Positions 1 through 15,000 of a DNA stretch of 64,000 bases are shown here, one piece after another (position 1 is the first letter of the stretch; each line of letters starts with the position of its first letter). The position numbers and the translations under genes were made by a program. The notes below the pieces were generated by a model that did no database searches, was not told the origin of the DNA, and was given only the letters and a program-made list of their open reading frames with translations. This DNA is from Fimbriosthenelais zetlandica (taxonomy: Eukaryota), in assembly GCA_977030845.1 (NCBI GenBank), contig OZ365118.1, positions 20,646,001 to 20,710,000 of the forward strand, read 5' to 3'.

Positions 1-3000
1 TGTCCTTAAAATCTATTCACAAAACTTATAATTTGAGATGATGGAGGATAAGGATGGAGAAGCATGCCTGAAACAAAGTACAAATACCATATACTACTTA
101 CTTCCTATACTACTACGGTCCTTGGTGTCAGGCGAGATGGAGCAATCTGTAAGAGAAATAATGTCAGTTAGAGATCATTTCCTACTAATAAACTCCATCT
201 ATTGAAACAGAGAACTTCCAAGAAATTAGGCTGCTTCGAAAACTTTTAAAGCGGAAAAGAAAGACATGGGTTTTGTTTTAGGTCGGGTGGTCGGGGAGGT
301 GTCTTGTGTTGACACAGCCAGTATAAGTTTCCTCATTGACTCACATCACGGCTTTGTGTTGGTGAAGCTGGCAGTCAAGGCCACACACCTAAGAGGGACG
401 ATCATAACTCAGCGATCAATACAATTAGAGCGAGTGCATTTGGACTTTTGTCAGATCTTGGCTTGGCGATAATGGCAGGAAAGAAAGGGGATGGCTAGGC
501 CAGGCCAAGGGGACGAACCAGCGTGGTTTCTGGTCACAGGTTTATAACCAAACACCCATCTATCAGATGGCTCAGAGTCAGATTTTAAAATATGAAGGCC
601 GTCCTTTTGGATCATTCAAGAGTTCTTTTATATTAACTTTTGCCCATAAATTTTGAGATGAATGGAGATTCTGAGGGACACAGACTAAAGGTGACCTAGA
701 GAGAGATCAATGATAAGCACTGGTCTCGCCTCATCACAGGAGTGTCACTCCATGTTACCGGAAGTCCGCAGCTTCCGGTCTGCGCGCCCTGGGGTTCTGG
801 TAGAGGGCGTTGAGATCGGAAGGAGGGAGGAGAGGGAGGTGACAGGTGGATGGAGGGGGGGGGGGGGAGGGTAGAGGGGATGGACTCTGGTAATATGAAC
901 AGCCAATGATAATTCCTGTCACATAATAGCCGCGGTAAAGCCACCGCAGAGCAATTATTGTACCTGCCGCGAGATGACACGAGGAGACTGTGAAGGAAGA
1001 CAATCACCCAGTGGATAATAAGGTCGTCTAGTGCAGGGCCAATTTTTATAGACTTTACTAATGTTCTTGATTGAGAGGTTAGTGCACTTTGTGAAGATTG
1101 GCATCAGTTCGAGAGGCTGAAATCGGTTAAAGGCAATTGGAAATAAAGGGGAAGATTAGCATCAAAAAGAAATTGAAATTGGTGGCAAAGCAATTGAAAA
1201 ATTCGTGAAAAATGAAGCAATATGTAAATGCCATAATCTATAGGAACTTGATGCAATTAGTGAATAAAAGCAATGGTTGAAGTATGAGGAGGTAGGGAGT
1301 ATTATGTATAGAGGTATATATGGGTGTTGGCAGGGTTGCTGGTGTGGATACCAGCTCCGCCTGGCTTGGCTTCCAGGCAGCAGTGGCTGGCTTCCCAGTC
1401 AAGGCTTCTATACATGTAAGGATCAGGGAAGCAAGGCCCCAGATCCCAGCAGTGATCCATGTTCCATAATCACGATATCAACAACCAGCGATGGGTGCGT
1501 CCTTAAAGCAAGGTTTGACTGTAACAGGCAGGATGCAACCCACTCCAGTGAGATTTCACATTTCTGAGATTTCAAGATCTTTTAAGATTATGTTAATATA
1601 TCTTAAGATATGCTAACGTATACCAAGATATGTTAAGGTATTTCAAATCGTAAAACAACAGGGGAAACAGTCCATTGTGAAGAGAGATTGATCAAAATTC
1701 AATACATTTCTTTTGATGTGAGAAGTGGCAATGATACATTGGACTTCTCTCTTTGACTTTAAGACGTATTACTGTGTAGTGATAGAGATGGCTGAGGATT
1801 GATAGAGATGGCTGTTGATTGCTTCTGCCTTCTTCACCATTTAAAGCCTCATCAGGGAAGACATAAGAAACGAATATTAAAGACAAAGTGTTCTTGTTAA
1901 GAAGGGAAATAAAGATAACTTGTTTTTCCCAGCACACCATAATTCACGGCATCCCATATAATGCAATAAAAAAGTCTTTTACGGCAGCAATTGCTTTTTC
2001 TGTATTGGCAAGTCTAGAGGAGGAATGCAATCATATTAAAGGGTGTGAAAACGTAGCAATCAAATGGTCATATTTCTCCTCTTTTTACCAGGGCATGAAT
2101 TGAATGAGGAATGACTGTTGAGGAATAGAGAGGGAGGAGGGAGAATGCTTTAATGGTAGCAGATCAAGTAGGAAGCCTTTCAACTTGTGCAGCAAGCCAA
2201 TTGAGGCAGCAATAGCGGAGACATTGGTAATTAATGTATCGAGCATGCGCAGTAGAGACATCATTAAGTGGGGGGCATTCTGGCAAGTGGGAAAATGTTG
2301 CCTCTCAGTGGCAAGGAGAATGCAAATTCCCTCCCCTCGCCCCTGATTGTTGGGGAATATACGAGCCATTTTTATACTTAAAAAAGATAAATGGGAATGG
2401 CCTCAGCCGAATCACATCTTATTATTGAGATCCTAATCTTGGGGGTGTATTTATCATGTAGGATTAAATCGCCTGCCGGGGCATCATTTTCTACGCTAAA
2501 TGATCATTTTCATCTGTGGCATTGTACGGGGGAGATTCCGCGGAATAAAAGCGGGCCGATTCAAGTGGGTGCCTGATGAAAACGAATGTCCCAGCTCCCC
2601 GAGGAGAAATCACGGCCACGACGAGCAAAAGATCGAGATTTACATCAGCAAGTAACTTCTTTAGTCCGCTCTATTCATCATATATGCATTAATTCTATTT
2701 AACGATCAAGTGTCATATCGGGCAGCAGCGCACCATATGCACGAGTGGCGTTATTGATGATACATTTAGAAGGAATTACTGGGATAAGCGTAATAGCTTT
2801 CTTCAGACCCGTACCGCTGGCGATTACTCCGCAATGCCAGTTCTGAAAGGCATTCATATATAGTCCATATCATTGCTTACCCCGCCCGCGCCGTACAATG
2901 GCATTTCTTATTTATGCCATTATCGTGTCAGTTGTAATTCATAGACACAGCCCATAATGGCAGTCCGATTAATTGTGAGAAACATAAAGAGGAATTACCG

Positions 3001-6000
3001 ACTGGGCCTGTCTGCAGAGAAATATTAAAAACTTCATCATTAATTTACATCAGTGGCAAAACACGATTTGTTCCACGGCATCCGCCAACTATAAATTCCT
3101 CGCGCCCATTTCTTTCCTGGTCGAGCAATTTCAATTAATGCCGATGGCAAAAAGGAATGATCAAAAGTGTGTGGGGGGCGCTGGGGTATTTTTGTTGAAT
3201 TATGAACATTAATCTAGAGAGAGTGTGTCGGTGAGCGTGTTACATAGAAGCTATTGGCTGGTTTAGTTTTTGCATGCAAGGCTCCCCCGAGTCCATTTGC
3301 GAAGTAAGAAAATGAGGCGGTCTGGCACCGGAGGGACCCATCGAAATGCTGTAACCGCCATAAGAAGCACCCAAATACCTCCCATCAATATGAATTTTGC
3401 ACAATGTGTGATATCACCAGGAGATTTGGTGAGTGTAATTGCAATAAGTTTAATTGGGGGGAGTTTTATCATGTAAAGTAGCCATTGCGTGAGTTTGTCG
3501 CTTGAGCTGCGTCTTGGCTTGCGATGGCGCGAAGCTTCGCCATGTCAGGCGAGCTGCTACTTGATTAGCCCGTCCCCGCGCCTTCCCGCCTCGCCACCGC
3601 TATCTCTGATTGGCTCGCTATTCTTTCTGATATATTGCTCATTTAATCATGTGAGCAGTTCATAAACAACTCTTTCCATGGCCAGATCAGTGACAGATGT
3701 GCTCACTCCAGATACGATAAACTCCATGGCTAGAATTCATCATCCTCCCCGAACACAATTAAAGCGCCGGCGTGTTGCCGCTACAGTCAAGCGGCCAATT
3801 TAATGTGCGTTTTGAATTATTGTCCGTTTTAAAAGGCTCCCGTTATGTCCTGCTCTGTCCCATCAGTTTGTCCTTGCCTCAAAGCTTTAATATGCATAAC
3901 GATTAGCCATATGATCTGAATGCTAGTCCACGCCATATACCTTAACATCCAATCCCTCGTGGAGAGTTGTACAATACAAGTCATGCCATGAAGCATTGGC
4001 CTCTTCTATCACCAGTGAATAATGTCGCGGCAGCTTTTTGATAAAATCAGTGAGGTTTTTTAATGGGGTGGACGGCAGACAATTCCTGGTCTATAGTGGG
4101 CGGGGTGGGGGGTGGGGGTGGGGGGGGGGGAGTTTTGTTTGATGATCAGATTACATTCTGGCCGGTCATGGACTGGTGAAGAACTACTTTGACCCACTTT
4201 TCAACGCGGATGAATCTGGAGTGAGATTAGGCGTGTGTTGATAGACTGATTAGCATTGATACATGGGTCTGCAATGTCATCTCAACAATAGACGTGGTGT
4301 TTACCTCAAAATAACAAAGACTAAAGGTATTCAGGCTTCAGAGGGGGTCTAAAATAAAATTAGAACTGACCAAATTAAACCCAATGAAGACATGGAGACA
4401 GTCATTTTGGACTGGCCATAACATTCATAAGTAGAGGCAAGAATATAAATTGCCACATTGATTTTAAAGCAGCAGAACATCTATATTTTCCTAACCCAAC
4501 CTGTGGGTTAGCTAATCTAAGTACGGTAGAGAGCCACTTTGCCTAGTATAGAGTCCATCAATAGCTATATCATGGCTTAATATAGTGCCTCCTCCATTTT
4601 TGATCCCCTTGATCTAATTGAATCTACCCCTACCCCCCCCCCACCTCAGGACCTCACCCACCACTAATAAAGCCTTGAACATCTCTCCCCCCCCCCCCCC
4701 CCACCCCCACCCACCCTCCCACCGCCGCCTATATTTACTATAGCATTTCCTGGTAATTGATGGGGTCCGTTTCGTTTCCCACCATATTGATGCCGGGCCT
4801 TGCTGGCCAGTCGGTGATGAATAGCATTTGTCAGGCCGCTTAATGCTGTTTTAATCTGCCATAAAACAGGATCGGATTCCAAGCAGAAGCATTGTAATGT
4901 ACCCCCGGCCCCTCTCTACCCACTCCCCACTCTATTGTTCTGCTCAGGCCCTGGCCACCGCATTATAACACTGAGCCACTCCGAGCCACTCCTCTCCTGC
5001 TCCTTCCTTTTGGTGTTTCCCTTTCCTCTCCATCTTCCCCTATCTTTTCCTATGGTTTCCTGGTGAAATGTGGAGCTTTTTTGTGCGTGGTGTGGTTGTA
5101 CAATGTGAAACATGAGTGGAATTCAAATGGCAAGAGTGAACAGTGCTTGGATATCGTACGACACATGTAGGCTATTTTAAACACTGGCATGGCTTGGAAA
5201 GAATGAAAGTGGAAAGCAATATTTGAGGATAGTCGTGACTCCCTATGTAAAATTCAATATGCTTGGAGACATAAGGGAGAAAGCTTACTCATTGGGGCTT
5301 ATTTTAAATTATAAATCCTCTCATTTCTTTGCCTTTCATGTTAAATGGGTGTATGACAAGTGGGAGAATGAGAGCTTTTTCTTTCAGTATAAATGCGACC
5401 AGCTCAAGTCAATGGCAATGAGTGTAATAGGAGGGAGGGAGATTAGGCTAGAGACTCGTGTCGCCCCCTGTAGCTTTTATCTACCATCTTTGTTGATCTC
5501 CAGGCGTGCCAGCTACCTTACGGCCATACGGCCTTGTGAAATACCACAAAAGAAAATCCCATCACCCTACACCCGCCCCTCCACAAAACGCCAGTGTGAG
5601 AAAGCGCTTTTGGCATGTTAAAATATCATATGTTATCCCCGGGAGTGTTGAAAAAGCACATGCCTTGTATCTGTCTTAATTACCAGTGCATCGCCACTCA
5701 AAAAAAGAGCATGTGATCTTAATGGATAAAAAGATCATACAAGTCTTCTACCCTCCTCCCCCGACTCTCTCCCTGCCGCCATCTCTCACTGTGTTATATG
5801 AAATACTGAAGGTATTTTGGAATTTCACAACATATCATCTTCCATCAACTCGATCAGCAACTACATCCCCCAAAAAACATCACAATCATTTCAAGAGATT
5901 TTCTTCTGCCACCAGAAAGTGGAAAGTAGGGGGGAGGGTGGGGAAAAAAGGGCGCAGCGTCCCAACCCTGAGAGAGACGCGCGCCATCCCGACTCCCTCC

Positions 6001-9000
6001 TTGCCACAATTAAGTTTGCATTTTAATCTCTGAAATGTACACGGCGAGGCTTTTTTATGATTCCCTCCTTTGATGGGCATCAATAAAAGAGGTAGAAAAC
6101 ACGCGAGGTTGGTGAAAGCAGTGTAGCATTTCATAATGAAGGTTTTTTCGCCCCGAGCGTTGATCAATGGTGCGTTCCAAAGAGGCAGTGTCGATATGAA
6201 ATGTAAGTCGTTGATTGGCAGACCAGCACTCAGCCATTAGGTTCTAGAGTAGTTGACAGTTACATGGGCTTCTCACGCCAAAGTGATCATTCAGATCATA
6301 AATTGTGAGTCAACAACACTTGCAATACAGATATAGGACTTAATATGACTAGTGCACCCTCCCACCTTAACTACGATAGCGACTATAGAGACAGGCTAAA
6401 GTTTACTGCGTCTCACAAAGTCAATCCACGCCACCAGTCATTGAGCTAGACGAGGCTTTACATTACCTCACTCATTACCATTGCCATTTCATATTCCACA
6501 CAGAACATCTTTTAATTAGGAAAATGTTTAGAGATGTGAGTATATTATGTGGTGATACTTTTTGTCCAATATTACCAATGATGTAGCATTGTATGTAATG
6601 ACTTACACATGCTTTGTCTTATAAATACTTTCTCTATATACTTTCAATTATTTTTTATTTTTAAACTCAAGTTGTGCTTTACAAAGAGATGTATAAGTAG
6701 ACTGTATAGGACCAGGTGCACCTGTCAATTCCCTTACAATCCGCCCCTTCCCGCTCACAGTGCAGCTTTATCGGCATTTTTGTTTTTGCTCAAAACAAAA
6801 GCGGGTTACCTTTAAATGATTTTACCTGACTATGTTTTTTGTTATTCATAATCCGCTTCAATATGTCGGGCCATGGTTTTTGCGACTCTCTGGGATGAAT
6901 AAAAGAAAAAGATGAGGGAGGTGGGGGAGGGGGGTTTCAGTCGGAATTCAATGTCGTTCCCATGGGGGGGGGGGGGAAGTGAGAGGGTGGCTTCCTTTGG
7001 CTCTGTGAATACAAGTAAAAGCGGGTCTAGTACTACTCTATAGAATAATCATTCTCACCCTCAGCCATTGTTCAGCTTTAATAAATAATGGTAGTTGAAT
7101 AATAGATGAAGGCAATAAAATGTAGCGCTGACAATTTGTCATCAAAAATAAAAGTGCTCCATATGTGGAGGATATGGCGGGGTGGGGATGATTTACATAG
7201 GGTGAGTGAAGGGGAGGTATTGAGGGGCGAAAACTGACTGAATGCGATCCGATGAAATAAGCTTATTAATGATGCAAGAAAACATCAGTCGCCAACAAAA
7301 GGCTCTCAACAAAGAAAACTTAAGTAACGGAAATAATGCCCGGGATATGGTGCACTCGATAACACTGAATGTCAAAAGAAAGCCCCCGACTTCACAGCCA
7401 AGTGAAAGATAGAAAATAATAAATCCTGTTCCCTTAAAAACTGGAACGAGGTAAGGTGAGTATGAGGGGCGAGTGGGTATTGTAGGGTATTAATGTGGGG
7501 AGGGTGCTGCCGTGCTGGGCAAGACAGGAGCATTTTTGATGAAGACATCCTCGTTTCCAGTAAGAGACTACACAATAGCTTTATAGCGCTGTCATCGAGG
7601 AAATGGCAGGAAAAAAGAAAGAGACAAGCCTCGTTGTATAGCCAGATGACCCGTCATGAAGCCTGTATAGTTCGGGATACTATAAAGTATCCACGAGAGG
7701 TGGACAAGAGATCCCAGTCTTGGACAGGAGGCGGCGGGTTGAGAGGAGGGCGCGGGAAGCCAGTGAAAGGCAGATGAGAGAATTGGTGCTTTAGTTGGCG
7801 CGGGAAATGGGCCTATTTGGTGTGGGAAATGAGCTTGTCCACACTGCTGTCAGAGCGTCAATGACGCGTGATCCCCCTGTACCACGTGACAACCACTACC
7901 GCTCCCTCTGTCACAAGACCCGATACAACGCGCGCCCAATCTTACACTTCCGGTTCAAGATGTCGTCTGCCATGTACAAGACGTCACTCACGCTCCCCCT
8001 ACTCATATACAAACACTTTGAGAATTCAATTATCTCAGCACAACAAGTAGAAAAACAAACAGTTTGATTTCTAACGCAAATGACAATGCGCGTTGTTTTA
8101 CAAGACGCTGTGACACAGTTGTGTTGGCGGGTAACATTCTTGTACATTTGCCTAACGTCGCTACTCAACTCTGATATGACAGTCGAGCTTTTTCCGCCCT
8201 TTTTCATCGCTCGTTTAAGAGCCTAAGTGCCCGTCGTAATCATCACTTTATTGCATTCCATAAAGGATGATTGCATTTTGAGTTTTGAATCGAGGGAAGA
8301 AAAAATATGAGTCATGAGGTTCACATACGAGCTAGTTCAGATGGTTATTTCCACAGACTGATTTCCCAGCGGAACTTCATCTGCAAGCCTCACAAAGCCA
8401 GTTACGGCAAGCAAACTGATGCTTACAACTTAAAAATAATTTAATCACTCTGGATCGAGCTGGACCCACAACATGGGAAAAGCAATGATTAGACAGTAAT
8501 TAGTCTACAAGACAAAAATGGAGTCAATGAGGTGGGAGTTAGGGATGGGCCGTAAATATGTTTGCATGTGTTTTGGTTAATAACATTCAGGATACTGCAG
8601 TGGTGTATCTTTTAAAACGAATGTATTATGGTTCACCTGCAGTGTCCGATTACTTCAGAGCTCTATGATTTTTGTTCTCACATATGATGCCACAAGTTAA
8701 CAATTATTGTACATGTACATTTTCCTTCACAATAACTTGGCGTGTATCGAATGTCCAAATGAGACCTGGTGGGTAATTGGTCAAATACAGTGAATAGTAA
8801 ACACATACATTTCCCGGGATATTTTCAATTCATATCATAAGTAGCTTCTCATCTTTCCTGCATATGAACACTTTTAGCAAATTGAATTATGCTACGAGGA
8901 GATGAAATGGCAAGATTTTGTAAAACCAACTTCTAATGGCTTAAATTTCATTTGCTTTTCACTAGTAACATATGGTTTAAATCCCTCACTGTATATACAT

Positions 9001-12000
9001 CTTACTCTTGCCCTGAATATATAGAGATCTCCGCTGACCTGACCAGATCGCCCTTGATTTCCATACAACAATGGAATTCTATTAACTCTTGCCGCTACTC
9101 ACGTGGCCTCACGAGCGGAAGGGCCACTGACGCCGCCGCCCTAGAAGCCACTCTCTCCCTAATACCCTAATGGACATTAAAATCCATCAGCTGGCCTTGT
9201 TCTACCCAGTCTCCCCCTTTGTCATTTGCATATTTGCTGTGCCATACTCTCCCCTGCCCGTATTGATTCGGGAGATGTAGCTGCATGTACGTAAGCAATT
9301 GCAGCGCGACCATAAAAATGGCGGTGGGCGTCGTCAGAGGGACAAGAAACACGCACAATCTGTGGATAATCCTTATCTCCCCACCTCCAGTGGCAATTAA
9401 TACTATTTACATACAAATGTAATTGGCGTTTCGGTCCTGATGGCTTTCCTGTGGCTGTGCAATTGATTATTTTGGAGTAATTGTGGGGGAGTTAGCGGCG
9501 GTTGCTCCGTCACCTCGCTGGCTTCTTGCCTTGCTTCATCAGTGGATTAGGAAGCCATGGATGTGCCTGGGAAAAAACAATTGCCCTCGCCCTGCACATG
9601 CAATCTGGCATCGTGCAATGATTAATATCAAACATGGAAATCTTATGTCTCCAATTATAAATGGGCCTTGATCATAATCCTTCTTTGGATGATCTACGAT
9701 CAAAGATGCCCTTTATATCGTCTATATTTTTCTGAGTCACCATCATTTCTCAACAGAAAAAACTTTTACATTTGGCCTTTTAACACCTAGGTGTAATTAG
9801 TAGTGACGGGGGCGTGTGACATGTTTTCTGGGCGTTAAAAACTAATCAAATGTATCAGTTACAGAGAGTTTCTACAGCTTCAAAAAGATGGCAGTTTTTC
9901 AGATTGCTGAAGGCAATTGTATAAAGGCAGTCTGGGTGATACCTGTGAGAGGGCATAACTAGCATGAGCTTCTCTCACAGAAGAACATTGAGGATCATTT
10001 TTCACCTGTCAGTCTGATGATGAGCTTTTCTCAGTCATGTGTAGCAGGGGGTGTATTTTTTATCACACCCCTTCTCTCTAGCAGCTCTAGTGTTGATGAT
10101 CATCCGGCCTGGCTGAATCCCTCTGATGTAGCCATCATGACAGCACCAGCGGCAAATGAAAACTATGTATGGTTATGATCCAGCTAAGATTTGCCAAGGC
10201 GATAACTGAACATCCAAGCCCCTGCAGGTCAACGCAGTGAAAAAAAGTCGGCTGGCTCCCAGCTATGACAGCGGCTTAGTCTGTTTGATCAAGCCGATTT
10301 CCTAGCTTAAGGACATGGGCTGTGGAATTGAAGCCCGGGGTACTTTTGATTGACACTACTACTTGTGTTTCTGTCAATGCCTCCAAGCCCCCTCGTTTGG
10401 GCTGTCAACAAGCAATTTGGCCTGGGAAAGATAGGGACGGAGTGCCCAAGGGGCCAGTTGGGTTGCCCTTGGGTTCACACCCTTGCTGTCAGGAAGCCCC
10501 CCAGGACTTGTTCGATGATCCCTCAGATTTTCAATGTCCGGGAAGGGATGAGGAGGGGTATGGGATGGGGGATGGGGGATGAGGCGGCATGGTGACGGTG
10601 GGATGAGCTGCTCGCTAGCCCCGCGAGTCATACAAGCCATATAGCGAGTAGCTCGATGGTCGGCGGGATAACGGGAAGCGATGAGACAAGCTGAGCTCAC
10701 GGGCGATTTTTATCAGATGTCACAGGCTGGATGGTTTCACTAACAGCTTCCTCAGCTCTTATATAGCATACTGATAATCACTGACTATTCAACACTACCA
10801 TTATCTACTAGAATAATATACAATTGATTAAAAAAGGAACAATATTCATTACTTAAATGGTATTAGGATCAAATACTTGTTTCTCTGATCACGACCTAAC
10901 AATCTCAGGAATTATTCAGATGAATTATCCTCTCAGAGTATCACTATGGTGTCCTGGGCTTGTAAAAACTCATCTCCAGCCCTAACTTATTTCTACCACG
11001 GGGTAAAAGAGGAGCGTGAATGTATAATCTATGATCCTTAATGCATTGCTCATTGACCTAGATCTCAGCCTCAAATCTCCTTTGGTGACGCCTATAATGA
11101 AATCAGTGGGTGCGCCGCTTAATATGGTGAGAATGAGCTTATAGTGAAGCGGGGTGTGAGGTGGGTGTGATGCGGGTGTGATGGGGGTGTGAGGCTGGTT
11201 TAGGAGGAACACAGCTGGCCGCTCGTCTACCACTGGTCATGGGAGCAGTGGGAGCAGCAGAGAGAAGGAGAGTTGAGAACTGATGCTGTAATCGCCCTCT
11301 GATCAGGGTCTCATCCACAGCGCGGTTAGCAGCATGATATCACATAGATCCCATACATAAAGGCTTCACAAGACAAGAGATCTGACAATCTGTCAAAGAT
11401 ATTAGGTCACAAATCCCCGACTCTTATCAGCGGTCATTGACCTCTGACATGCTACACACATTAAAGTGTTGTGTATACATGTGAGCTACTAACTTATATG
11501 CAATCATTCCAATATATAGCTCTGTAAATTAAGTATGAAGAATTTCAATTAGCTAAGTTTCTCATGAGTAGTCTATAGAAATGGGGGGAGATTGCAGGCA
11601 CCCCTCAAACCCTCAACAAGTCTTTCAAAATTTCTCAAGAGGTTCCAGTAAAATAAGTTGAGAATCCCTGCAAGTTTTCTACATCTTGAGCTTCGGATGA
11701 GATGCAGAGTTGTCCAAGACATGTTGAACTAAGTTACAGTGAGAAAGCACTGAAGGAACCTCAGTGTTGGTAACAATACGCCTACCTCTGCCACCACTGA
11801 TCACAAACTAAGTGAGAGACAGTGGACACACGCTTTCTTTCATCTGCCATCGCTTCGTGATGCGATTGTTGTAATTGCGGAGGGAGAAAGAAACGTGATC
11901 TGGCCTTGTGTGGCTGTGGTAGGGGGCGCTGCGGGGCATGCGAGGCGCTGGTTGATGGTGGATAAAGTTACAGGATGAGGTAGAGAAACAATGGGTTAAT

Positions 12001-15000
12001 ACTGTACATACAGACATGATCATTATATACAGGCTTGATCATACACCAGCATGGACAAAGCCAGCTCACATGGCATGCTCATATTTCTATTGATTGTAAA
12101 AAATTTAAATTATTTTTCACAAGTTTTTCAGAAAGGGCAATCGGTAAATTAAGGTCACCCAAATACATGTTCAGTATTTAAATTTGTGAAGATATTATGG
12201 TCCAAAATCTAATTAATGATCAGTAAAAGGAAAAGGTGAAAATAACCATAACCAATAACCATATACATTGCTTACAGATCTATTCAAAATTTAATATTGA
12301 AAATATTCCAAAGTATTACATGGGGGGAGATATCAGGGGAAGGGGGATGACATACTATAGTGGTTGGTCCATCAGTTAAGGTTGAAAGCCGAGGATCAGC
12401 AATCCACTCACAGGTAGAAGCTATACCTTGTAATCTCCACCCTTCCTCTACGGTATTAACCCATTCTAGCCACTCCTCCAGTAGGCTACTGGAGGCCTGC
12501 TCCACGCTCCCCAGGCCCTCATTATCACTAAGCCAGCAGATGGGTCTGGTTGGCCGCAGTAATTACTCCTATAAACCCGCCTCTCCCTCCACACTTCTTT
12601 CATTTCCCGCTCACCGTAAAGGATCGGTGTGAATTTTCGCCTGCAGGGGTGTAGGCCCCACCCCACCCCCGGATTCATTCACCTATTTACATGGACTTCT
12701 TCATTCAGAATAAATTGAAGGAGCCGGATGAAAAAGACCATTATGTAGTGAATAAAAATGGGCCTCGGGTGGGTCGCACTCGGGGGCAAAGCGGGCAAAT
12801 TGGTTCTCCTATTTTTTCTCCCCTCCCCTGTGATTTTTGTTTGTGTGCAGTCGCCTACTGAAGGACATCTTGAAAGGATTTTCTTAGATGCAGGCTACTA
12901 GGAGGGAACAGTGGGGATGGCCGGAACCTTTTTGCTCCCAATTTAGCCGGCATGTACCACAACAAATTGACTCAATTTGTTCAATAACTTTATAGGGCAT
13001 TTAATAGTCTGGGCTCCATTATCTGATAACAGTGGTGGCTTGCCTAGCCAGCCCCTCCCCATTATTGGATTAGAACTCCAAACTCAAGTCACCAATCCGG
13101 ACAAAGTCCCCACCCCCTTCACAGTAAACCCAACTGATATCATTTGGCCTGTGGAAATGGGGGAAAGCCATTGCAGCGAGCAGCGAGGGGGAGATTTGGT
13201 CTCTGGCTTCTTATGTGGGATTCCACAGGGGATGAAGTGAAACAAGCAAAATGTCACTTGAGTCGCATGCATTATTCAATTGCTGCACATCGTCTGCACC
13301 GAGAGATCTTGGCAACAGGGGGAGGCACGGTTAAGAAGCCTTTCTAGAAACGGTGGGCTATCCCTCCAGGCAAAAAGCAATAGGACTTTTGACGTACTCA
13401 GACCAAAAGCACTCCTTAATAGGGCCCCACTCAAAGAGTTGGCCCAAAAAGAAGAAAAGGGGGTGCAAGTAATCGTGTAAATGGGAATCACCCTGAATTA
13501 GCCTTGTCGGAGCTGAGTTAAGACCAGTGGGCCTGGAGGCAAAAACTAGATGATAATGGTGGGTGATGAGAGGATGAAATGGTGGCTTAAACAACAGGTG
13601 ATTAAATCATTAGATATGACCAGTACCAAACTGAGGGAAAATCAATGTGAGAAATATTCAAATAATGCGGTATAATTCGGGGGTCAATTTGTGATGAATG
13701 ATATATCATGAATTGATAGCATTACTGAGAAGAAAGAAATGAGATAAATGAAGAAAAACAGAGAGTGCCAACGTTAAAGCCATGCAAACTGGCAGCCATT
13801 GCCAAGGCAACCAAACAGCCAAGGCGATGAAAGGCAGTCCCACTTTGATTTGTGTGGATAAAAGACAAACAAATAGGATCAAAACGCCTGGCTTGTTTTC
13901 TGCGTGCAGGGCTAATAGAGGAAAGACCTTATGTTCTTGGAAAGGTGACTCCCAAATGAGAGAGCGCGGGGGGTGGGGGGAGGGGGGAGGGTTGTGCTCT
14001 TGGAATGGATTCTATCTGTTTCTTTTGGCGGTTGCGCGTGCGCGGCGGTTGTTCTTTGAAGGCTGGATGATGTGTTTGGGGAGAGGGACTTGTGAGCTGG
14101 GTTTGAAGCCAGGTAATGGTGTAGGAAAAGGGTCAGAAGTTTCTAGATCAGAGGCCGTGGTCACTTAGAGAATGACCAATCTTCTGGACAACAATGGCTC
14201 AGCGGGCAGGAGATTGTGTGGGCTCGTCAATAAGGGGTGTAGGAGAGAGGCCCTGCAGATCATATTGGGTGGAAATGGGCGGCGGCCTATAATATGCCAG
14301 TTAAAGGTGGCCGTCAGAAGAAAGCATCTTCTTGATTTTACTTTGAGGGTGATCGCCGGGCCGATATTTGGCGGGCTACAACAAAAGCTGAAGACATTCT
14401 TCAAGGTGAAGGGTCGTAGTGGAGGCGGTGGAGGGGGTGAGATCGAAAGCTGGCTCTTCATGCATCATGCAAAGATCCAGCGATCGTTACTAATGCTTTG
14501 TGCACCCAACACTTCGCACCAACATCGTCAAGTGGCTTCATTTGTTTGCATCAAAAAGCCGCTCCCTGCTGGGACTATTGACTGGCGTATCAAAATGATC
14601 CTGCATAATTAGCACTCCCTTCTCCCTTCACACAGCACATATTTTAACCAGAGTGTCCAGTGTGAATAAGCATTAAGTCCTGTCCATCCCTGAGGTTGCC
14701 TCTCAATAATTAAGCATTGATGACTTGTATATGGGATCTCGGCTTGTCATCTTATCTCAAAGGAAGGACGGCGGGAATAGGTGATGTACCAGAGGGGGAA
14801 AACCAGCTTAATGCTGCTTTAGTGAGGAGATATACTGGGACCATCTTAAAGTATCCCCTTAATGCGCCTTCCTTGACCATTGTTCTAATGAAGGGATCTT
14901 GGCTGAATAAGGAAGAATATTTTATTCAACCCACACAATATAGTCAAGCTGCAATAGTCGAAGCCATATCTTGAAATATTAAAGACTACTTACATTTTCT

